A program made the position numbers and the translations under genes. A DNA stretch of 60,301 nt, the filler included, from Basidioascus undulatus (taxonomy: Eukaryota): NCBI GenBank assembly GCA_000826855.1. It is 13 parts of 13 records of this genome, joined end to end, with 100 filler letters (N's around TTAATTAATTAA, not from the genome) between each part and the next. Parts side by side here need not be neighbours in the genome. Positions count along the whole stretch, not along the records: positions 51,155 to 55,679 come from JTLS01002132.1; positions 55,780 to 60,301 come from JTLS01002133.1; 11 more parts are not named here. The stretch is one strand, 5' to 3'. The notes below the pieces were generated by a model. That model had not been told where the DNA came from, made no database searches, and worked only from the letters and a program-made list of their open reading frames with translations. Below are positions 51,357-60,301 of the stretch, piece after piece; the first letter of the stretch is position 1; each line of letters opens with the position of its first letter.

Positions 51357-53007
51357 GGGATGAAGGGATAGGGAGAGGAGGGGAGGGGAGGGGAATAGAT
51401 GAAGATGTGAAGGGATGTGGATGAGGCTGGTGTGACGGAGTGGGGTGAACGTGGTCCCTACGCCGCGAGAAAGACTATCCCCTCGGCGTACCCGCACCGT
51501 CTTCTTTCCCTCTTCGATCGGCTCATCTGCCCCTCTCATTCGGATTCCATCCTCCCATTCTGGCCCACCGAGCGCTCATTACATCCACGTTCCGCATCTC
51601 GTCTCCCCTCGTCTCCTCCCGCACTGATGCGGCCCAAGTCTGACCCCATCGATCGTGTCCCTTGCCTCACTGCGCGCCCACTCAGCGCGCCCACTCACTC
51701 ATCTTCTTTTCTTCAGGCGGGTCGTGCACGCACATGTCTTTCCTCTTTGGCATGATGGTCCACTCCCAAGCCCTTCTTCCTTTCTTCCAGCATCTCACCA
51801 CCACCTCACTCTCACTGCTACTCGGTCCGCGATGTCACACGACTCCGCCTGATGGCCTCCCCACTCCTCATTCCTCTCCTTGCTCCTCACGCGCCACAAA
51901 GAAAAGAGCGCCCGTGTAGAGCGTGCCTGAACACTCGCAACTGGAAGTGGCTGTTGCGATTCTGTTAACTTGGTTCTCCGCGGTAGTTCATGCGATATGC
52001 GCAACCCTCTGGCCACGAGTTCGAGGAATGAGCACGAGCGCGCTTGCAATCGCCTAGAACCAGCTGCTGCGAGCTCATTGAGGCACTCCCCCTTCTTTGG
52101 CACATAACATTCTACGTAGGTTCCTCACTTCGATCCTCGGCTACTTCGGGATGCGAACGGTTCAGGACAGTAAACACAGCGAGACTGCGCACGCCGCCCT
52201 GCCATGGTAACGTAGTGCTCTGCTTACGAGACATTCGACTGACACGCACGCGTGCCGAAACTCGGTCATGCAGCCTCCGGCTAATATCTTACACTGCAAT
52301 GCGCACCTGTGGGAAAGCAGTAGCAGCACTTGTGCATTCGAGGCTCCGTCTTCGCCACACGCGTACCCTCATCTCTTGCCAGTGGCCGCGAAGATGCACG
52401 ACTCCGCATGCACTGCCCATCCCCAGCTCGAACGGGCGGAGGTTGGGAACGAGCTCTGTGAAGTCCGGTCAGGAGAGCCGTCAGGAGAGAAAGGACTGCC
52501 TGTGAGTGCGAAAAACAGAACGGGGTTGTGAGGGGTGTCAATTTGGCTGCACGGCCGGACGTCAGTACAATGGTTGTGCGTACTGGGTATTACCCTGTTT
52601 AGTGCCGTGCCACTGCTTTCAGTGGACTACATGTACAAGGTCCCAATAAGGAAGTATTTACCGGACACAGGCTTTGAAGGGTCTTTTCGCAGTAAAGCAG
52701 CAACGGAGTCGTTTCGACTCTTGAAAGGCACCGATTCGACGTCGCGTGCGCAACGGACGCCGTCGCGGATTCTCGTCAACTTCGTGCTTGATGCCTACAA
52801 CTGCCTACAAACCCAGGGTCGACTGGCATATGAGCTCTTCCTTCGGTTCATGAGGAGAGGGTCGTTCTGCACACTCCGCCGTGTCGCACAGGCTGGAAAT
52901 CATGAGGCGAACTTCGGCTGGATTCTCACACACCAGCCAGTCGACTGTACATCAGCTCAGCCTCTTTCTCCTCCCTCTTTCAGCATTTCACTGTTCCTCT
53001 CAAGCCT

Positions 53008-54725
53008 TTGAAGCCCTCGAAAGTAACAGGTACAATATCTTCCCGTGCCAGCGTCTCATACCACCGCCGCGAGCCCTTCTCCTTCGAGACCCTAACACAC
53101 CTCTCCGACAGGCTTCTCTCGCCCTCTCTAAACATCCTCGCGCTCCTCCTCACCTCCTGCAGGGGTCGCCTCAAAGTCTTGCAGCTCTTCCCGCGCCTCC
53201 CCTTCTCCCTGGGTCTCCTTCGACAGGCCCGTCCCTGGCTCGTTAGACTCGCAGCGCTCGCTGCGCTCAGGCATGCCGGCGGCGTGCTGAGCCGACTGGC
53301 GATGGAACAGTGGTTGGCGAGCGGATAGGCTGAGGTGGGGGAGGAGGTCGTGCTCATTACTGTTGGTGGGTTTTCTTGGGCTGGGGAAAATATAGAGGGG
53401 TTTTGTTGATTGAGAGAGGGAGCAGGAGCGCGGGGATTGGGGAACGTGTTGTCGGTCTTCTTAAGGAGTACAAGACGGGCGTGAAGATCGCCATCCTTGA
53501 TCGGGTGGTGCCAAAGGAGGACGTTCGTGACACACTCTCTTTTATGGCTATGGGCAGCAAGTTATGGTCATTCTCATCGGTCGGCCATCGCCCAACGTCC
53601 GCTTCTACCAAGTGGACATCACCACGCGGACAAAGTGTCGCAGGTTGCGGCCCAGATTCGTAATAAGGTACGCTGCTTCTTCTCTCCACGAGGGTCACAA
53701 ATATATGAGCTTCCTCTGTCGGCAATGCTATGCAGCTTGGCGACCCGACCGTCTTGTTCAACAACGCGGGCGTAAGTTGTGCGCCGTTTTGCATGCAATA
53801 CCGCCCTGCTGAACCATGCCTTCCATGCCTCGATCATGCGCGCCAAGGCCCTACTGGACTTAACTCGGCAGGTGTTTTAACGTACCCTCAAAGTGAACGT
53901 TTACGGTGCGTACTGCGTTTCCGTCATTCCGGCGGGCATTTGCAAATACTGACCTGCGCTTTACACAGGCGCTTTTAACATCGTCCATGAGTGCTTGACT
54001 GCCATAGTTGTAAAGGTGCTCCTCCATTCGGATTTGAGGGCAACAGGGTCGTATCCGCTGAGTTGTCCATCCGCAGAACCACCGGCACGTCGTGAACGTG
54101 TCCAGCACCGCGGCATACGTGGCTCCGCCGAACCTCGGTAAGAGCCTGGACTGACACTATTTAAATGTCTTACGTACGTCTGAAAGTAAAGGATATGTCT
54201 TCCAGGCGACTATGCTGCCAACAAGGCCGCAATGCTCGCTGTCCACGAAGGCCTGTCGAACGAACTTGTGACGAGGCAAGTCGTGTACATGCATATATGT
54301 TGGTCTTTCTTACCAAAAGGAAGGGTTCAACAGGTACAACGCCCCAAAAGTCCGAACCACCCCCCCTGCAGGTTCGGACTGCGCTGGGCAATGGCGCCGA
54401 GGACCATGACAACCTGTTCATCGACCCCGTCCAGGCGCCGTGGCAGGTGACGCAGCGTATCGTCACATCGGTGAGTCTTTTCCCCACCAACCTCCTTCCC
54501 TTACCCCCTCCCTGGAGGTACTAACAAAGTAGCATGCAACCACAGCTCGACTCCGGCCTCTCGCAGTACCACTTCCTGCCGTCGCACATGGCTTGGGTGC
54601 TTCCACAGCTTCGGTGCTACCCTGCGTCGTACCACCGCTTCGTGATACCCACGGCTGGTCTCAACCATTTCGTCACGAAGGAGAGTGCCGCGCGCACTGC
54701 GGCAGCTGGCTATCGCCCTGAATGA
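53008..54725 (+). pseudogene. Membrane-anchored classical SDR (retinol-dehydrogenase/Tda5-like) with frameshifts and stops
   Basis: RWGEEVVLIT, GSAGIG, LGDPTVLFNNAG, F*RTLKVN, VVNVSS, DYAANKAAMLAVHEGLSNEL; several frame breaks. Confidence 0.85.
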
Positions 54726-55779
54726 GGACCTCGCAGGGTCTCGAGCTGTGCTCCCCATGTATTTCGATTAGCTATCTCCAAGGAGTCAATGCCCCGGGGT
54801 TTTCGCTGTTAATATGGCCTGCTCTTCTCGGGAGTGAAGTACCGTCAATGTCCACGAACGACAATGTGAGTACGAGCACGCTGGCTGTTGGGCTCGTCTT
54901 TACAAGAGCCACTTGTGTATAATCTGGTCAATACCGTACTTCTGTGGAAGCAGTGAGAACACGACTATATAACATTGGGAAAGCAGAAGGGTACCAATCT
55001 TTTTGGGCAGCCCGCGACCCGGTGGATTGGACAACGTTTCTGGATGTGCTGTTCAAGCATCCAGAAGCGTGCTGTATTTGGGAGGTTTCCGTCTGCTGCG
55101 ATTCACTCACAGCTCAAACGAACTGTCCATACAAGCTGTACAAGGGTAGTTCCGTACTATCCACCTCCAAGGTCACGTCCAACGGAGTACAAAGCATCTC
55201 GCGAGCTCGTCAACACACAAACCGTCTTCAGCACCATCCAGGAGTTCACCGCCACAAGCCAGGGGACACCCTTGAGATCCGTCGTCTGACAGATACCCGT
55301 AATCTCCACTGTTCTCGTACTTTGTCCGACCCAGGAAAACCTGCACCCCCGATGCGAGATAGAGCACAATTCGGCCACATGTCCAGGACGCTCTCCGTGA
55401 CCTTCAGGACCTCCTCAAGCAGCTCGTACACCGTATCGTCCGGCCAGCCTGCCCGAGTAAGGCCCTGATCCAGTCCTCGGTGAATTGCACAAGGGAAATC
55501 GTCCGGAGGAAGGAAGACGCGGTGCCGGAGGCAGTGGAGGGGACGGTGAGGCGAGAACCGAGGCGAGAAGGGTCTGCAGAGTTTCGACGTCGCGAATCGC
55601 CGGGAGCAACGCGATGAGCGCGCGCGTTGGTGCGGTGTCGACGGCGTCTGAGGTAGGGGGGAGGGGAAGAGGGGCGCGGNNNNNNNNNNNNNNNNNNNNN
55701 NNNNNNNNNNNNNNNNNNNNNNNTTAATTAATTAANNNNNNNNNNNNNNNNNNNNNNNNNNNNNNNNNNNNNNNNNNNN

Positions 55780-56499
55780 GCACTTCCTCTCTCAGAGAAG
55801 GAGCATAACACAACGCACCATCGTTCTCCGGCTTCCAGCGCGCGTTGAACCGCTCTTCCTCCGCCTCGACGAAGTCGCCCTCCTCATTCTCGACCTTGGG
55901 CTGCGTGTAGCCCTGCACATGGTCAACGCGCAGCGTGCGGTTCAGCACGGACGCGCCGTTCAGGTTGTCCACGGCCAGGACCGTCGAGCGCTGGTCCTCG
56001 TACAGCAGGAACGCGAACCCGCGCGGCTTGCCGGTCGTCTTGTCGCGAGGCATGCTGCATCACCCGCGGCTCAAAGTCAGCAATGTCGATGGGGAGCGGA
56101 ACAGAAGATATGGGGACGCACTTGATATCAGCAATCTCGCCATATCTGCGTGGAGGCAAAGTTCGTTAGGCAAGACAGCGGTCGTCATGAGCGGGACGAT
56201 GCGCACTGGGAGAAGATGGTGAGCACGTCTCCCTCGGTGAGCTGATACGGTAGGCCTCCAACGAAGATGTGCGCCGAGTCTGCACACAGCCAATGCACCA
56301 CAAGCCGTTAGCAAAAGAGCGCGTTTGAAGCGATTACGGGGGCATAAGGACGTACCCTTGTACTGGTCGTGCCAACTCGCGGTGAGACCGAGCTCGAGCT
56401 CGCGGTCGTTCAGCCGCTGGATCTCTTTGACCACGCTGTGCCCAACGCAATTCCATCAGTCAAGACACTTTATGAAAAATTCGGGCATGCGCACTTCAT
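55780..56499 (-). CDS. IST3: RBMX2/Ist3 (Snu17) RES-complex RRM protein, 5' exons
   Basis: MN|VVKEIQRLNDRELELGLTASWHDQYK|DSAHIFVGGLPYQLTEGDVLTIFSQ|YGEI...RGFAFLLYEDQRSTVLAVDNLNG...LRVDHV. Confidence 0.93.
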
Positions 56500-57549
56500 A
56501 ATGTGGCGAACGTAGTCGTGGGTGTGATAAGAGAGCGGTGTGAGGCGTCGAGGACGCGATGAAGCGGAGGGAGGACAAGCTCGACAACCTCGGCTTCATC
56601 CGCGGATCTGGGCGGACGTCCGGGTCACCTTCCATGGGGTTGAATGTCGGATCGTACGTGTGCTTCTGTTTCTGATTTCTCTCTCCCGCTCTTTGGGTAT
56701 TTCAAATGAGTTGAGGAAAGTAATTTCTACATTTCCGGTCCTGGGAGATTGAAGCGGGTGTAGGCACCCCGTTTCACCCCAAACTCGATGGCGAGGACAG
56801 CCGCGAAGTCGTTCCCTTCAGCTCGGAAGTCGTGCAACTCCCCATAACGGTATACTTTAGTCACAGGAACAAAACTTTGTAATATTGGTTGAACACCGCC
56901 TGGGAAAGTTCCCTGTCAGCGTACGCTTGTGCGTTGCACACCTGCATGCGTGCATGCACACCCATTCGTTCAGTGGACCCCTCTAGTGTTGCTGATCCCT
57001 GCAGACAGCCAGCCAAGAGACTGTGATTGTGTGGAATACCTTGCTTGGCGGGTATCCCATCAATGCATACTGGAGGAGAAGTCCAACAGTCAACGTGCAA
57101 TCTGTCTGTCTATGAAAACACTACTGCGACGCAGCCTCGCTCACGCAATGTCGATGCCGCGAAGGTCAATTGCCAGTAAGAACAATTAATGAACCTCGTT
57201 GAAGCAGTGTCCATGTTCGGGGTATAAAATAAAAGGGTATCGCCCTACAAATCCGCCGTCTCCACTTAAAGTATATGAACGCGCTCCTCCTTCGCCTCTT
57301 CAATCCTCCGGGCACACCCGCCCAACCGGCGCCTCCACCCACCCCGGCCGAAAAAGTACCTTGCACTGGGACTTCTTCCGCCCCACGTCCGTCAGGCGCT
57401 CGAACAGCCGGTGGGACATGCAGTCCCCCCAGAGTGCCCGCCAGGGTGCGACGAGGCGCCAGCGGAGGATGTAAGAGTAGAGGAGGTGCGAGGGCTAGTC
57501 GTATTTTGTTTCCTTCTGTTCAAAGGAAAGGGGTGGTGAGAAGGGGAGG

Positions 57550-58439
57550 GAGAGGTTCATGAAAATTCGGGGCCGGGCGGGGGACGAGAGGCGGTGCAGT
57601 GTCGTATGAGGCGAGGAGACACTTGGAGAAGTCGCACTGCGCTTCGGAGCGGAAGCGGAGGGGGAAGGTGGGGGGTGGGTCGACGGTGAGTTGGACGGTG
57701 TCGAAGAGCGAGGGTCTACTGAGTTTTGGGCTGTTCCAGAGGGAATAAGCTGTCAGATGAGAAGATAAGATAGCAAAGAGGTTGAGGAGAATGAGAGCAC
57801 ACCGGAACTGTTGTTGCGGGGCACGAACCACCTTGCGTAGAACGCGGCGATGCCGTTCCAGCAGCTGTTGACGGGTATGGGCTCGTTTCTTCGGAGGAGC
57901 GTCACATTGTCCGCGTGCGCAAAGTACGGCCAGAGCGGCTTGACGCGGTCTCCGCAGAGGTCGCGGGTGACCCATCTGCCCAACGGCGGACGTGGGTGAA
58001 CTCGGCAGGAGGGTGGTGGAGTTGTAGAGGTTAGAGGCGATGTAGTAGTCTGGTTTGGGAGACTTTGTGGAGGGGGAGGGAGGCATTGAAGTCGAAGGAG
58101 GAGGCAGGGAGGAAGGCAGAGGGCGAACCAAGCTGCGCGCGGTCGGGTCCAGCTCGGCCAGTCGTGGGAGATGCGGAGGGAGTGGATGTCGATGAGGAAA
58201 GATATACGGAGGGTAATGATGAGAAGAGCGAGGTACAGGTGCAGTGTGGATGGCAATCTGAAGTATATGACCAGAGTGAGGGTGGTGAAGAATGTGAGGG
58301 AGGCAAGGAAGACGATGCGTTTCCGGCGGTGAAGATAGGAAGAGGATCGAAAGGAGGAGCGACGAGTACGGGGTGCGTTGGGATGGGGGAAGGCGTCGGA
58401 CCAAGCAGAGAGGAGAGTTGTCGTCAAAGTCGTCGTCAT
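57550..58439 (-). pseudogene. GT69 (Cmt1/Cap59-like) mannosyltransferase with internal deletion and frameshifts
   Basis: TM N-terminus and YYIASNLYNSTTLLP are directly followed by WVTRDLCG...WPYF...PIPVNSCWNGIAAF and FRSEAQCDFSKCLLASYD. Confidence 0.8.
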
Positions 58440-59792
58440 TGGCCTCGCTGTGTCGCACGTCGTCGTCGCTATGTCGTCGCGGCTGCGCGAGCTCAGCGAG
58501 CTCGTGCTTCTGTGACTCGCGGCCGCCTGGAAAAAACCTGGGGCAAAAGGTATCAAGTTGGCCATGGGATAGCTTCCCAGCTTTGTCTCGCTGAGCAGTT
58601 GGGGACGATGGGTGTGGAAAGGAATCGTGCACACAGCGATGCAGGCTTGAAAACGGGCAGCTCGGCGTGAACATTCCGTGACCGTCACGGTGCCCCTGTC
58701 AAGTTTCCCTTTTTTTTCGTACATGGCGTCTTGGACTTGGAAACATGTACATTATTGACGTGGAAGCACGTACCCTGAAGGCGCTCAGGGCGCAGGACGG
58801 AGTGGCTGTGGGCGGGAGCACAGCATGAAAAGCGGACGGTAGGTATGTAGGCTTTTATAGGAAGTCAGTGTGTCACTCGCGGTCAATGCAACGCTAGACG
58901 GTCTTCCCCGTCGGAACGCAGCTCCATATACAACCCTATTCATACGTGTGAGCCTTGCGACTCCTTTAGACTTTGGGATCCGCGACTGTGGGGAGAAGAA
59001 GGGGTCCACATAGGCTTGGAAGAGGTACCTGTCCACGTGTGCTAGAAATTTTTGTGACACAGTGGTGAGTGGGCCGCCCGTTCCGACGACAGATTCCGTC
59101 GAATAATTACCCACCAGTTCCGTCGTATAATTACTCCTTGACGCCTGCAATCCCAGGAAACATTAAGTGAAAAACACAAGAGTTTGCGCAGCGTGATCTT
59201 TCGTCGTGGTGGGGAGTGTGGTGAAGCTGACGACAGAAAACACGCAGACATTTGAGAGTGGAAGGCTGTAAATTACGATGACACGTGCGCAGTCCTCTGC
59301 CAGCGGCTGTTTAGCTGCTGTACCTCACCATGTTACAGTACTTGCGGTGAGGAGCTTGAGGCGAAAGAGGCCGCGCGGCTGGGGCGCAGGCCGGGCGAGG
59401 AGGGAAGGTATGGGGTGGCAAGCTAGCAGGGAGCGCGCGAGGGGACGATTTGGAAGATGACTTTTGAGGAGGAGAGGGCGTAGGACGTTGGTCTGGGGAT
59501 GGGGCTAGGGTGAACGGAAGGGGGCGAGGAGGTGGTGTCGGGCGGAGGGGGAGGGAAGGAGGAGGGGCTGCAGGTGGAACGGCGACTGTATCTCAACTCG
59601 GACTCGCGCATGAATTGCTTTTCCTCCATTCGAGCGAGCGACACCCTTTTCATGCACGGCGTCGACCGCTAATCGGCGCTTGACGCAGCAGGGGCAGATG
59701 GGGCCGGTATTTTCGTAGCCGGCAGACATGAGGAAGGCTGGATCTGCACCCTTCTCAGCGGGCATGCAACATACACCCACACTCGCAGCGTC

Positions 59793-60169
59793 TCATCTCC
59801 GATCCCGCTCGTAGTCTCTCCTCCGCTCGCCGTCCCTGTCCCGCTCATCGTACCCTCTCCGCCTATCGTCCTCCCTGCGCGGACTGCGGTTCCGCCCAGG
59901 GTCCCTCCGGACCTCCCTCTCTCGCTCCCTCGACCTATCCCGCCGTCGAGGCGGACTCCTCTCGCGCTCCCTCTCCCTCGACCTGTCCCTCCTCCCCTTC
60001 CGCTTCCTCTCCCGCTTCTCCCTCCGCGCGGCCTTCCGCGCTCGCTGCTCGTCCTTGCTCTCCTTGACTCCTCCGCCCGCGGCAAGCCGCTTCTGCTCCC
60101 GGATATACGCCGCCATCGGGTCCTCCTCGTCCAGACTGTCATCGCTGCTCGCGGCGTCCCCACCCGCGG
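59793..60169 (-). CDS. IST3: RBMX2/Ist3 final exon (DPMAAY motif and RS/RE-rich tail)
   Basis: The CAG acceptor at 60170-60172 is in phase with the donor after KPEND; reads SLDEEDPMAAYIREQKR...RDRSRERE...DRR*. Confidence 0.88.
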
Positions 60170-60218
60170 CTGTCCCAACCCCCCACCCACAGCCCTGGTC
60201 AGCATCTCCTCTCCTCCG

Positions 60219-60301
60219 GCACTTCCTCTCTCAGAGAAGGAGCATAACACAACGCACCATCGTTCTCCGGCTTCCAGCGCGCGTTGAACCGCTCTTCCTC
60301 C
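60219..60301 (+). repeat. Exact 83-nt terminal direct repeat of the contig start (55780-55862)
   Basis: GCACTTCCTCTCTCAGAGAAGG...CCGCTCTTCCTCC is identical at both contig ends; offset 4439. Confidence 0.97.

Noticed and set aside
55150..55679. Helical minus-strand fragments (YELLEEVLKVTESVLDMW)
   Set aside because: Possibly another pseudogene tail, but no family is identifiable.
4576..55779. Regularly spaced TTAATTAATTAA palindromes about every 4.6 kb, resembling an array or segmented genome
   Set aside because: They are embedded in fixed N-runs between length-sorted contigs, so they are artificial linkers.
57495..57500. CTAG|TC as a Helitron circle junction in the circular contig
   Set aside because: No convincing subterminal hairpin upstream and no RepHel sequence; a 6-mer is expected by chance.
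1..60301. A multi-gene system or cluster spanning the window
   Set aside because: Neighbouring contigs are unrelated; adjacency across spacers carries no information.

Overview
Eukaryotic, intron-rich, GC3-rich fungal DNA. GTGCGT/GTGAGT donors, CTRAC/CTCAC branch points and the gene homologues point to a basidiomycete, plausibly Pucciniomycotina (inference). The window is not one locus: it is 13 short contigs (4575 down to 4522 bp, in decreasing length) joined by artificial 100-nt N-TTAATTAATTAA-N spacers, so synteny is meaningful only within a contig. Recognisable genes: Ste7/Fuz7-type MAPKK, TOR (5' end), Kei1, Thp3/LENG8, Tfb1, a PHOSPHO-type HAD phosphatase, a copper-fist transcription factor, NAPE-PLD/Fmp30, a mitochondrial carrier, coilin-like, Pso2/SNM1-like (5' end), Sup35/eRF3-like (5' end), Acinus-like, Swr1, NDUFB3, RBMX2/Ist3 and tRNA-Ile(AAU). 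There are many decayed accessory genes and a CpG-stripped Ty1/Copia remnant. The most striking structure is the last contig: its two ends are identical over 83 nt and it closes into a 4439-bp circle, and only across that join is an intact RBMX2/Ist3 gene reconstituted (circular DNA, tandem amplification or an assembly loop). All family assignments are from recalled motifs and manual splicing; no database search was run.
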